Assembly (NCBI GenBank): GCA_031362565.1 | Contig: JANLSU010000126.1 | Span: forward strand, 21,526-85,525 | Direction: 5' to 3' | Source of the DNA: a bacterium | GTDB lineage: Bacteria; Krumholzibacteriota; Krumholzibacteriia; G020349025 | Length of the DNA stretch: 64,000 nucleotides | Part shown: positions 28,700-37,469 of the stretch, piece after piece | How positions within the stretch are numbered: the first letter of the stretch is position 1 | Layout: each line of letters begins with the position of its first letter | Position numbers and translations under genes: made by a program | Notes under the pieces: model-generated | Told to the model about the DNA's origin: nothing | Database searches by the model: none | Seen by the model: only the letters and a program-made list of their open reading frames with translations

Positions 28700-28774
28700 G
28701 CAACCCCGCCCCCTCCCGGCAACGTGACAGTCACAAATGGACGCTCGGGGCCGCCCAGGTCAACGGAAAATCCA

Positions 28775-28790
28775 CGGCACCGCGCTTGCA
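28775..28790 (+). promoter_or_regulatory. Candidate sigma-54 (-24/-12) promoter
   Basis: CGGCAC-CGCGC-TTGCA matches TGGCAC-N5-TTGCW at all but the first base, with exact GG-N10-GC spacing, about 70 nt upstream of the ATG at 28859. Confidence 0.65.
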
Positions 28791-28858
28791 TACCACGGTT
28801 GACTTGGCATTCCCGGCATGGTTCGCTTGAAACGGCGCCGAACTTTGGGAGAGTACCG

Positions 28859-29662
28859 ATGCACTGGACGCGATGTCTCATGGGGGGAATCGGCCTCCTC
28901 GCCGTCACGGCCGCCGCAAGTCCGCGTCCGGGCTTTGTCCAAGCCGAGCGCGTCGGTGGCGTGGAGCTGCGAACCGGCGTCACCACGAAGACTCAACCGT
29001 GGATTGCCGCCGCCGACACCTCAGTGACGTGCTTCGAGGGCCCCCTGAACTTGGCGCTCAATCCGGGCTGCTTCCGCTTGCTCGCGCCGCCCTCGGGCGG
29101 CGACTGCATCTCGCATCAATCGCAGGTCTTCATTCAGGACTTCGTGCCGACATTCGCGACGCCGCATCGGATCGTGGGATTTCGCTTCATCAGCAACGAT
29201 GGCAGCACCGTCTTCCCGGCGGCCGGAGTCGTCGTCACGCCGTTCGACCCGGGCCGGTTTCCTAACTCGACCGAGCTGAACGCCCTGCAGGTCCAAAATG
29301 TGCCGACCGCGCATGATACCGCCATTGTCACCGTGACGCTTCCGAACAACTCGCCGGCACTTGTCGTCACCTCCGGAGTCGATGTCTGGATCTGTTTGCG
29401 GTTTCCGGAGGGCGGCCACCTGACCGACTTCGGTGTCGGTCCGGGGATCATCGTCGACCATGTGGTGCCGGATCAGGCGTGCGACTTCTTCACGCACGAC
29501 AACGGGTTGCACTATTTCAACAACGTCGCGAGTGACCCGCTCGATTGGGGCTTCGAACTGATCTACGAACCGGTCACCGCGGTCACGCCCGTCTCATGGA
29601 CCGACATCAAGCGCCTGTACGGCGCGGCGCCGATTGCCTCACCGCTCTTCAGGACTCCGTAG
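28859..29662 (+). CDS. Exported hypothetical protein with C-terminal 'PVTAVTPVSWTDIKRLY' motif
   Basis: GGGAG SD, signal-peptide-like N-terminus, beta-rich mature region with several Cys, and codon usage like neighbouring genes. Confidence 0.7.
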   Translation: MHWTRCLMGGIGLLAVTAAASPRPGFVQAERVGGVELRTGVTTKTQPWIAAADTSVTCFEGPLNLALNPGCFRLLAPPSGGDCISHQSQVFIQDFVPTFATPHRIVGFRFISNDGSTVFPAAGVVVTPFDPGRFPNSTELNALQVQNVPTAHDTAIVTVTLPNNSPALVVTSGVDVWICLRFPEGGHLTDFGVGPGIIVDHVVPDQACDFFTHDNGLHYFNNVASDPLDWGFELIYEPVTAVTPVSWTDIKRLYGAAPIASPLFRTP

Positions 29663-30187
29663 GGGCCAGCGCCGTAGCACCTCGTAACGCGGCGGCCCGG
29701 CCGGCCTCTGGTGGCTGCGGAAAAGCCCCACCCATGGCGCCGGGAGCGGTTCCACGCCACCTGGCGTGACCGGCACCACGAACCGGCCGGCCCCGGGCCC
29801 ACGCGCCAAAGTCACGTGCGGCTGAAACGCCCGCGCCGCCGCCGGCCATCCGAGCGCCACGAGCGCCGATTCGATGCCCCGTTGGAGCGGCACGAGCCGC
29901 TCGCCCAACTCCACGACTCCCACCCAATCGACACCGGGAAACGTCCCCAGACCGCCCAGCCCGAGGCACGGTGCCACGGCCCCTTCGACCGGGCCCGAAA
30001 TCGCCGCCGCTACGCCGTCCACCCGCGCCGCCGCCACTTCGCCCAGAAAAACGAGTGTCAGGTGCATGGCGCTGACATCCACCCAGCGCCGGCCGCCGCC
30101 CGGTTCGGCAGCGCGCAGGCGTGCCTGGAGCGCGGCGATTTCGACCCTGAGGCGAGGCGGCAATTCGAGGCCGACGAAAAGTCGCAT
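29639..30187 (-). CDS. thpR: RNA 2',3'-cyclic phosphodiesterase (2H phosphoesterase, LigT/ThpR)
   Basis: 'MRLFVGL' start, two HxT motifs ('HLTLVFLG', 'PHVTLAR') and C-terminal 'RYE'. Confidence 0.88.
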   Translation of the reverse strand: MRLFVGLELPPRLRVEIAALQARLRAAEPGGGRRWVDVSAMHLTLVFLGEVAAARVDGVAAAISGPVEGAVAPCLGLGGLGTFPGVDWVGVVELGERLVPLQRGIESALVALGWPAAARAFQPHVTLARGPGAGRFVVPVTPGGVEPLPAPWVGLFRSHQRPAGPPRYEVLRRWPLRSPEER

Positions 30188-30227
30188 GCCCGCCAGCTTA
30201 CGCCCCTTGGCGCGACCGAGGGGTGGC

Positions 30228-30275
30228 TTGACCCAGGCCTGGCCGTTGCATTAAGATATTCGAATTCGCAGATAA
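30228..30275 (+). promoter_or_regulatory. Sigma-70 promoter with an overlapping AT-rich imperfect palindrome (candidate SahR operator)
   Basis: TTGACC (30228-30233), 18-nt spacer, TAAGAT (30252-30257). ATATTCGAATTCGCAGATAA (30256-30275) covers the -10/+1 region. Confidence 0.6.
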
Positions 30276-30282
30276 GGTGGTC

Positions 30283-31236
30283 ATGCGCGCCCTTCCCGAC
30301 TTCTTCAAAGCCCTGGCGGACTCGACCCGGCTCCGAGTCCTCCGCCTCCTGGACGAGGCGGAGTTGAACGTCAACGAGCTGGTCGAGGTCTTGGAGCTGC
30401 CGCAGCCCACCGTGTCGCGCCATTTGGCAGTGCTGCTGCACGCCGGGCTCGTTCACCGGCGGCGCGATGGCCAGTGGACGTTCTATAGCGTGACCGCCGG
30501 CAACGGCTGGAACGCCGATGGTTTTGGAACCGCGCTCCGCGCCCGGTGGCGTGAGTTGCCGGAAGGCGGCCGCGATGTGCAGCGGCTCGAGGCTTGTCTC
30601 GAAGCACGGACGCGTTCGACGCACGAGTTCTACGCCCGCATCGCGCCGACCTGGGACCGCATGCGTGCCGGACTCGATGTGGAGGGATTGCACGGGCGCC
30701 TCTTGGCCGGGCTCCTGCCGGGTACACTCGACCTCGTCGACGCCGGCACCGGCACGGGTGCGTTGCTGCCGGCGCTCGCGCCCGCCGCCCGGCGTCTCGT
30801 GGGTGTCGACCGGTCGGTCGAAATGTTGGCGGAGGCGCGGCGGCGCATCGCGGCCGAAGGTTTGAGCGGCGTGGCGCTGGTGCGCGCCGACCTGGCGGCC
30901 CTGCCTTTCGCGGACGCCACGGTGGACGGCGTGTGTTCGCTTTTGGCGCTGCACCACGCCGCGCGGCCCGAGGCCGTCGTCGCCGAATTCGCGCGCACCG
31001 TGCGGCCGGGAGGCAGCGTCGTCGTCAGCGACTTCGTGCCGCACACCGAAGAGTGGATGCGCAATGAACTGGCGCACGCCTGGCTCGGTTTTCCGGCCGA
31101 ACGCGTCGCCCAATGGTTTGCAACCGCGGGACTGGCCGGCATCGACACGCGCACCGTGCGCCGCCGCCCGCGCGCCGGCTCGCCGGCAATGCCCGATTTG
31201 TTCGTGGTGCGCGGCCGCAAGCCGCACGCCGTCTGA
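30283..31236 (+). CDS. sahR: ArsR-HTH plus SAM-binding methyltransferase-fold regulator (SahR-like)
   Basis: 'FKALADSTRLRVL...QPTVSRHL...RRDGQWTFY' ArsR domain, 'DAGTGTG' SAM motif and 'WLGF'. Lies directly upstream of ahcY. Confidence 0.85.
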   Translation: MRALPDFFKALADSTRLRVLRLLDEAELNVNELVEVLELPQPTVSRHLAVLLHAGLVHRRRDGQWTFYSVTAGNGWNADGFGTALRARWRELPEGGRDVQRLEACLEARTRSTHEFYARIAPTWDRMRAGLDVEGLHGRLLAGLLPGTLDLVDAGTGTGALLPALAPAARRLVGVDRSVEMLAEARRRIAAEGLSGVALVRADLAALPFADATVDGVCSLLALHHAARPEAVVAEFARTVRPGGSVVVSDFVPHTEEWMRNELAHAWLGFPAERVAQWFATAGLAGIDTRTVRRRPRAGSPAMPDLFVVRGRKPHAV

Positions 31237-31260
31237 GTGTCCGTCAACCCAGGAGAGGTC

Positions 31261-32529
31261 ATGAGCACGAATACCGAGAACGCCAAGATCGCCGACCCGA
31301 GTCTTGCTGCCGCCGGCAAGATGCGCATCGAGTGGGCTGAGTCCCGCATGCCCGTGATGATGGCGCTCATCAAGCGCTACGAGGCGACGAAGCCGCTGAA
31401 GGGCATGCGCATCGCCGGCTGCCTGCATGTGACCAAGGAAACCGCCGTGCTGGTGCGGGCGTTGCACGCCGCCGGCGCCGACGTCTCTTGGTCGGGTTGC
31501 AACCCGCTGTCGACACAAGACGACGTCGCCGCGGCGCTCGCCGCCGAGGGCGTGTCGATCTTCGCATGGCACGGCATGAACGTCGACGAGTTCTACTGGT
31601 GCATCCGGAAGACGCTCGAGTTCGAACCGACGTTGACCCTCGATGACGGCGCCGACCTCATCTTCACCGTGCACAAGGATCACCACGCGCTGGCCGACAA
31701 GATCATCGGCGGCACCGAGGAGACGACGACCGGCGTGCACCGGCTGCGCGCCATGGCGGCCGACGGCGCGTTGCGCTACCCGGTGATCGCGGTGAACGAC
31801 GCCGAGACCAAGTGGGACTTCGACAACGTTTACGGCACCGGCCAGTCGTCCATCGACGGCATCCTGCGGGCGACGAGCATTCTGCTGGCCGGCAAGAACT
31901 TCGTCGTCGCCGGCTTCGGCCATTGCGGACGCGGCGTCGCGATGCGGGCCCGCGGCATGGGCGCCAACGTCATCATCACCGAAGTCAAGGCGACGGCGGC
32001 TCTCAAGGCGACGCTCGAAGGCTTCACGGTCATGACCATGGACCAAGCCGCCAAGGTCGGCGATGTCTTCATCACCGCCACCGGGATGAAGGACGTCATC
32101 GTCAAGCGCCACTTCGAATCGATGCGTGACGGTGCCGTCGTGTGCAACACGGGCCACTACGACTGCGAAATCAACTTACAAGACCTGGCGGCACTCACGT
32201 CGCGGGTGCGTGAAGTCCGGGCCAACAACAAGGAATACTCCGTCAGCGGCAACCGCCGGATCTACGTGCTGGCCGACGGCCGCCTGGTGAACCTGGCCGC
32301 CGCGGAAGGCCACCCCTCCGAGGTCATGGACATGTCGTTCGCGAACCAGTTCATGTCGATGGTGCGCTTGGCCAAGGAAGGCCGCACCCTCGCCAAGACG
32401 GTGCACGACATTCCGGTAGCGCAGGATCAGGAAATCGCCACGCTCAAGCTGCAGACGATGGGCATGGGCCTCGACGCACTGACACCCGAGCAGATCAAGT
32501 ACGCGACGGACTACAGTTCCGGTACCTGA
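31261..32529 (+). CDS. ahcY: S-adenosylhomocysteine hydrolase
   Basis: 'GCLHVTKETAVL', 'CNPLSTQD', 'LDDGADL', 'EETTTGV', 'FDNVYGTGQS', 'GRLVNL..AEGHPSEVMDMSFANQ'. Confidence 0.97.
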   Translation: MSTNTENAKIADPSLAAAGKMRIEWAESRMPVMMALIKRYEATKPLKGMRIAGCLHVTKETAVLVRALHAAGADVSWSGCNPLSTQDDVAAALAAEGVSIFAWHGMNVDEFYWCIRKTLEFEPTLTLDDGADLIFTVHKDHHALADKIIGGTEETTTGVHRLRAMAADGALRYPVIAVNDAETKWDFDNVYGTGQSSIDGILRATSILLAGKNFVVAGFGHCGRGVAMRARGMGANVIITEVKATAALKATLEGFTVMTMDQAAKVGDVFITATGMKDVIVKRHFESMRDGAVVCNTGHYDCEINLQDLAALTSRVREVRANNKEYSVSGNRRIYVLADGRLVNLAAAEGHPSEVMDMSFANQFMSMVRLAKEGRTLAKTVHDIPVAQDQEIATLKLQTMGMGLDALTPEQIKYATDYSSGT

Positions 32530-32549
32530 TCCGGCGCCGCTGGGTGCAA

Positions 32550-32583
32550 GGCGGCGGTTCCGCGCCAAGGCGGAACCGCCGTC
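32550..32583. terminator. Strong GC stem-loop downstream of ahcY
   Basis: CGGCGGTTCCGC (32552-32563) and GCGGAACCGCCG (32570-32581) form a perfect 12-bp stem. There is no U-tract, so it may be a stabilising or processing hairpin rather than a terminator. Confidence 0.5.
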
Positions 32584-32600
32584 CTACCAAGGAGTGCTCG

Positions 32601-33362
32601 TTGCCCGTGACCACACCCGGAGCCTTGTCGGCAACCGCCACCGCCGCCGCACGCGGCGTCGCGGCGTTCGTGGATGCGACCATTGCACTCGTGCTGGCCG
32701 TCATTGCGCACGGTGTGTCGAACACCGGTGGCACGACGCTCGTGCCGCTCGACCGCGGTGTCTGGGTCGCAACCCTCGTACTGTTCGCACTGCGCGACGT
32801 AGCCTCGGGCGCGAGTCTCGCGAAGTGGATGCTCGGACTGCGGCTCGAGATGGCGAATGGTGCTCCGACGACGCTCGCCGACCGCCTGCGCCATGTGCCC
32901 TTCGGACTCTCGCCGCTCGGACTCGTGCCGGCCTTCGAACGCCGCACCCCATGGCGCGTCGCGGTCTACGTCCCGTCGGGACGCGGTCTCGCGGTGCGCG
33001 CCGCGGCGGCGGCCGTGCTCATTGGCGGTTCGGCGGTGATCACCACCCTGGTGCGGCGTCCGAGTATCGGCCGCACTGACGCTCTGCAGCTCGCGCAAAC
33101 AACGATCCTGGGCGATCCACATCTTGCCGACGCGTTGGGCGGCCCGCTCGCCGCCGAAGTCGGACGCACGAGTCCGCACGCCAATGCGACCTGGCGCAGC
33201 AGCGAGGGCGATTTCGAACTGCGCGTGCGCGGCACGCGTGCCATGCAAACCATGGTGGTGCGTGCCCGCAAGGTCGACGGCCAGTGGGCTGTGGAAGAGG
33301 TGACGGACATCGAACAAACACGGCTCGATGCGCCACCACGCGGATCGATGGTCCACCGGTAG
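32601..33362 (+). CDS. Membrane protein with an RDD-like N-terminal region and a Coa1-like C-terminal soluble domain
   Basis: AAGGAG SD and TTG start. RDD-like 'RGVAAFVD...SLAKWMLGLRL'. C-terminal 'DPHLADALGGPL...LRVRG...ARKVDGQW' pattern. Confidence 0.45.
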   Translation: MPVTTPGALSATATAAARGVAAFVDATIALVLAVIAHGVSNTGGTTLVPLDRGVWVATLVLFALRDVASGASLAKWMLGLRLEMANGAPTTLADRLRHVPFGLSPLGLVPAFERRTPWRVAVYVPSGRGLAVRAAAAAVLIGGSAVITTLVRRPSIGRTDALQLAQTTILGDPHLADALGGPLAAEVGRTSPHANATWRSSEGDFELRVRGTRAMQTMVVRARKVDGQWAVEEVTDIEQTRLDAPPRGSMVHR

Positions 33363-33481
33363 GCCGTGCAGGCGTCCAAACCCCTTAGGGTTGCCGGGAA
33401 CCAAACGATGCCGTATCGTCTTCAAGCGAGCCCGGACTGTCCGGGGTGCGGGAGTCCGAAGCGAGTTTTGGAGGTCCGAAA

Positions 33482-33805
33482 GTGAGCGAGCTGTTGAACG
33501 TAAAAGACAACGACTTCCAGAAGGAGGTCCTCGACTCCCCGCTGCCGACCCTCGTCGATTTCTGGGCGCCGTGGTGCGGACCGTGCCGGGCCCTGGCACC
33601 GATCATCGAGGAGATCGCCACCGATTTCAAAGGGCGCCTGAACGTCGTCAAGGTGAACACCGACGAGAGCAACGAAGTCGCGATGCGCTATTCGATCCGC
33701 AGCATCCCGACCGTGATGCTGTTCAAGGGCGGCCAAGTCGTCGAGTCGATTGTCGGCGCGCTTCCCAAGCGCCACTTCGTGGACACGATCCAGAAGCATC
33801 TCTAA
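33482..33805 (+). CDS. trxA: Thioredoxin
   Basis: 'VDFWAPWCGPC' and 'IRSIPT'. GGAGG SD before the GTG. Confidence 0.96.
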   Translation: MSELLNVKDNDFQKEVLDSPLPTLVDFWAPWCGPCRALAPIIEEIATDFKGRLNVVKVNTDESNEVAMRYSIRSIPTVMLFKGGQVVESIVGALPKRHFVDTIQKHL

Positions 33806-33876
33806 TATTTCGCGGCCACGTGCCACGACTCGACGGCGGAGCTTCGGCTTCGCCGTCGGCGTTTCGGGCCTCGGGA

Positions 33877-34833
33877 TCAGTCGTGCGGTTGTTGCGTCTG
33901 CGGGGCCGGGAATCGGAACGTGACACGCACCGTGCCGCCCACCGGCACTCCGCTCTGGCGCTGGGCGCGATACGTCGAGCGGCGCGCCGCATCCTGGGCT
34001 GCTTGGTCGAAGACCGGATCCGTCGACGACAGGGTTTCCAACGTCGTGACCTCGTCGCTGCGGCCGACGGTGACGAGGATCGTGACTTCGCCGGCTTTCG
34101 TCGCACCCTCGGGATACTCCGGAGTGATTTGGTTGACGACCTCGGCACCCTCCAGATCGGAGGTTTCGTCGTTGGCTGGCCGCGGCCTGGACGGCGGGAT
34201 CGGGCGCTGCTCGCGCGCCAGCCGGTTCTGTTCGTCGGTGCCGAGCCCGGCGCCGAGCTCGGGAATCGAACGCCGCTCGCGCGTCTGCTTCGAGACGACC
34301 TGAAAGAGCGCCGCGCGGCCGTTCCAATCGCGCACCGTACTCCACGCTCCTTCGGGCAGTGTTTCGACTTCCGTACGGAGGTCGGGTTGCAGATCCTCGA
34401 CCGCGTAGTCACGCGTCCGGTCATCGATGTCGATCGAGCCGATCGCCTTGCGCGCGTCTTCCAACGGCGCACCAGCGCGCAGCAGGCGCGCCAACCGCTC
34501 CGCCGCCCGCCGCTGGCCGACCAGCAGCTGCCGGCACCGCACCACCAGGACCTTTTCACGCCCGACACTTCCACCCACCTCCGAATCGTCAGCGGGTGGC
34601 GCAGGACGCAGCGGCGCCGCAGTGTGAGCCGCCACGGTGTCGGGATTCGCCGCCACCGGCACCGGCTGCCCAACGAGCAGCGGCTCTGCCGTCTCGGACT
34701 CGTATTCGAGTGTCCAGGGTTCGAGCAAGTCCCGGCTCTCAGCGGGTGTGAGCCGCACTTCGATGTCACCGGCAGCGCGAGCCGCGGCGGCAACAAACAA
34801 CGTGACGAGGACAACAACAGCCGGGTGACGCAC
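33877..34833 (-). CDS. Exported protein with a degenerate parvulin/PpiC-like region and a C-terminal TonB_C domain
   Basis: Signal peptide ending AARA. C-terminal 'PEYPEGA...GEVTILVTV...V...SS.DPVFDQAAQDAA...Y.A...GVPV...VTFRF'. Confidence 0.65.
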   Translation of the reverse strand: MRHPAVVVLVTLFVAAAARAAGDIEVRLTPAESRDLLEPWTLEYESETAEPLLVGQPVPVAANPDTVAAHTAAPLRPAPPADDSEVGGSVGREKVLVVRCRQLLVGQRRAAERLARLLRAGAPLEDARKAIGSIDIDDRTRDYAVEDLQPDLRTEVETLPEGAWSTVRDWNGRAALFQVVSKQTRERRSIPELGAGLGTDEQNRLAREQRPIPPSRPRPANDETSDLEGAEVVNQITPEYPEGATKAGEVTILVTVGRSDEVTTLETLSSTDPVFDQAAQDAARRSTYRAQRQSGVPVGGTVRVTFRFPAPQTQQPHD

Positions 34834-34861
34834 GGAGCTTCCCACCTTTTTCCGCCTTTGC

Positions 34862-35968
34862 TTACTCGGGCGGCAGGGCCAGCATGCGTTCGAGCGCCAG
34901 GCGCGCCGACGCGGCGACGGTGGGCGGTACGTGAACCGGAAAACGCAGTTCACCGTGCGGCAAGCCTTCCAACGTGCGCATGAGATCGATCGGATCGATG
35001 CGGTACATGGTCGCGCACTGACAGGCGAACGGTGACAACGTGTGAATGGACTGCTCCGGATGCGCCGCCGCCAGCCGGCTCACCAGATTGTGTTCCGTGC
35101 CGATCGCCCAGGAAGATCCCGCCGGCGCTTTGTCGACGGTGCGAATGATGAAGTCGGTCGACCCGACAAGATCCGCCTTCTCGACGACCTCGAAACTACA
35201 TTCCGGATGCACGAGGATCTTGACGTTCGGATCCCGCTTGCGGGCCAAGTCGATGTGCGCCGGCTGGAAGTTGGCGTGCACACTGCAGTGCCCCTTCCAC
35301 AACAGCACGCGCGCTTGCCGCACGGCGTCCGGCGTATTGCCGCCGAGAGCGCGGTGCGGATCCCAAAGGATCATCGCCTCGCGCGGGATTCCCAGCCGGA
35401 AAAACGCCGTGTTGCGCCCCAGGTGCTGGTCGGGAACGAAGAGCACCTTTTCGCCGCGGTCGAACGCCCAACGCACCGCGCGCTCGGCATTCGACGAAGT
35501 GCACACCAGCCCGCCGTGATCGCCGGTGAACGCCTTGATGGCGGCCGTCGAATTCATGTAGGTGATGGGGACCAAGGTGGAACTCGTCACGCTCGTATAT
35601 TCGTCCCAGCACGTCTCGACTTGGTCGATATCGGCCATGTCGGCCATCGAACAGCCGGCTTTCATGTCGGGCAAGAGCACGGTGACTTCGGGACCGGTGA
35701 GAATATCGGCCGTTTCCGCCATGAAGTGCACGCCGCAAAACACCACCCAGCGGGCCTCGCCGCTCTCGGCCGCGTAGCGCGACAAGCCGAACGAATCGCC
35801 GATTTTGTCGGCGAAGCGGATGACGGGATCGCGCTGGTAGTGGTGTCCGAGAATGACGAGTTGCGAGCCGAGCACGGCCTTCGCGGCAGCGGTACGCGCC
35901 GCGATCTCATCCTCCGGCAACGCCGTCACGTTGGCGTGCGGTTCCCAGCTCAAACTGACGTTCGGCAC
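34862..35968 (-). CDS. nadA: Quinolinate synthase (4Fe-4S)
   Basis: 'ILGHHYQR', 'FCGVHFMAETA', 'AGCSMAD', 'TYMNS', 'VCTSSNA', 'GHCSVH', 'VHPEC', 'CATM'. GTG start after AAGGAG. Confidence 0.95.
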   Translation of the reverse strand: MPNVSLSWEPHANVTALPEDEIAARTAAAKAVLGSQLVILGHHYQRDPVIRFADKIGDSFGLSRYAAESGEARWVVFCGVHFMAETADILTGPEVTVLLPDMKAGCSMADMADIDQVETCWDEYTSVTSSTLVPITYMNSTAAIKAFTGDHGGLVCTSSNAERAVRWAFDRGEKVLFVPDQHLGRNTAFFRLGIPREAMILWDPHRALGGNTPDAVRQARVLLWKGHCSVHANFQPAHIDLARKRDPNVKILVHPECSFEVVEKADLVGSTDFIIRTVDKAPAGSSWAIGTEHNLVSRLAAAHPEQSIHTLSPFACQCATMYRIDPIDLMRTLEGLPHGELRFPVHVPPTVAASARLALERMLALPPE

Positions 35969-35979
35969 CGGCAACTCCT

Positions 35980-36300
35980 TCAGACGCTGAACGACTCGCC
36001 GCAACTGCACGTCTTGGTGGCGTGCGGGTTGTTCCATTCGAAGCCCGAATTGATGCCCTCACGGAAATCGAGCGTGATGTCCTTCAGCAGCTCCAGGCTG
36101 CGCGCATCGACAATGACCGGCAGGCCGTGGAATTCGTAGCGCGTGTCGCCGTCACGCGGCGCCGCCTCGAACTGCATCTGATACGAGAAGCCCGAGCAAC
36201 CGCCGCCTTTGACGCCGACCCGCAGCAGGTCGGCGGCGCGGCCTTCCTTGCCCATGATCTGCCGGACCATGCGAACCGCGCTCTCCGTAACCGTGATCAT
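35980..36300 (-). CDS. iscA: A-type Fe-S carrier (IscA/SufA/ErpA family)
   Basis: 'GVKGGGCSGFSY' and 'NP.A..TCSCGESF'. Confidence 0.92.
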   Translation of the reverse strand: MITVTESAVRMVRQIMGKEGRAADLLRVGVKGGGCSGFSYQMQFEAAPRDGDTRYEFHGLPVIVDARSLELLKDITLDFREGINSGFEWNNPHATKTCSCGESFSV

Positions 36301-37469
36301 TTGTCCTCCCGCGACGCGTACAGCGGCGACTCGCAGCGCAAGCGCTCGACCGACTGCACGACCTTCTGAATAGCGTAGTCGACTTCAGCTTCGGTGGTGA
36401 ACCGGCCGAGGCCGAAGCGCAGCGAGCTGCGCGCCAAGTCGTCCGGAACACCGATGGCCCGGGCCACGTGTGACGGCTCGGCGTTGGCCGAGTCACAGGC
36501 GGCGCCCGGCGACACCGCGACGTCGTTCATCATCATGAGCAGCGATTCGCCCTGCACGCCCGCAAAACTGACGTTCAAGTTGTGCGGCAGGCGCTCGCGC
36601 ATCGACCCGTTGACGGTGACATCGGGCAACGCGGTGCGAATACCGCTCCAAAGCTTGTCCCGCAAGGCGCGCAGACGCGGCTCTTCCACCGCCATTTCCG
36701 CCAGAGCGATCGCGCACGCTGCCCCAAGGCCGACGATTCCCGGCACATTCAACGTCCCCGAACGCAAGCCGCGCTCCTGGCCGCCGCCCTGCGTCTGCGG
36801 CTCGATCCGCACCCGCCGGCGCAGGTACAGCGCGCCCACACCCTTGGGGCCGTACAACTTGTGTGCCGAGAACGACAGCATGTCGATGCCGAGCGCATCG
36901 ACCGCGAGCGGAATCTTGCCTACCGCTTGCGCCGCGTCGGTGTGGAAAAGCACGCCGCCGGCCCGGCACAGTGCGCCGATGGCCGCGAGCGGCTGCAGCG
37001 TACCGATTTCGTTGTTCGCCGCCATGACGCTGACGAGAATCGTCGCCGGTTCCATTGCCGCGGCGATGGCCTCGGCATCGACGATGCCGTCCGGCCCCAC
37101 GGGCACGACGGTCAGCCGAAACCCTTCGCCCGCCAGCTGGCGGCACGTGTCGAGCACCGCTTTGTGCTCGATGGCGGTAGTGACCAAGTGATCGCCGCGG
37201 CCTCGCAGCATGGCCGCCGCTCCACGCAGTGCCAGCGCATTCGATTCGGTCGCGCCGCTCGTGAAGACGATCTCGCGCGGCGTGGCACCCAAGAGCGCCG
37301 CCACCTGTTCGCGCGCCCGGTCCACCGCCGCCTCCGCCGCCCACCCGAACGAATGGGTGCGGCTCGCCGCATTACCGAAGTCGGCATTGAAATACGGCAG
37401 CATCGCGTCCAAGACGCGCCCATCCACCGGCGTCGTGGCGTGGCAGTCCATGTAGATCGGCAGTTTCAT
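36297..37469 (-). CDS. iscS: Cysteine desulfurase
   Basis: 'YMDCHATTP', 'FTSGATESN', 'HTDAAQ', 'SAHKLYGPKG', catalytic Cys in 'GAACDS...EPSHV'. Confidence 0.93.
   Translation of the reverse strand: MKLPIYMDCHATTPVDGRVLDAMLPYFNADFGNAASRTHSFGWAAEAAVDRAREQVAALLGATPREIVFTSGATESNALALRGAAAMLRGRGDHLVTTAIEHKAVLDTCRQLAGEGFRLTVVPVGPDGIVDAEAIAAAMEPATILVSVMAANNEIGTLQPLAAIGALCRAGGVLFHTDAAQAVGKIPLAVDALGIDMLSFSAHKLYGPKGVGALYLRRRVRIEPQTQGGGQERGLRSGTLNVPGIVGLGAACAIALAEMAVEEPRLRALRDKLWSGIRTALPDVTVNGSMRERLPHNLNVSFAGVQGESLLMMMNDVAVSPGAACDSANAEPSHVARAIGVPDDLARSSLRFGLGRFTTEAEVDYAIQKVVQSVERLRCESPLYASREDK

Noticed and set aside
30190..30282. SAM or SAH riboswitch upstream of sahR-ahcY
   Set aside because: The predicted leader is too short (about 20 nt) and lacks the motifs. 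Protein-based SahR control explains the region.
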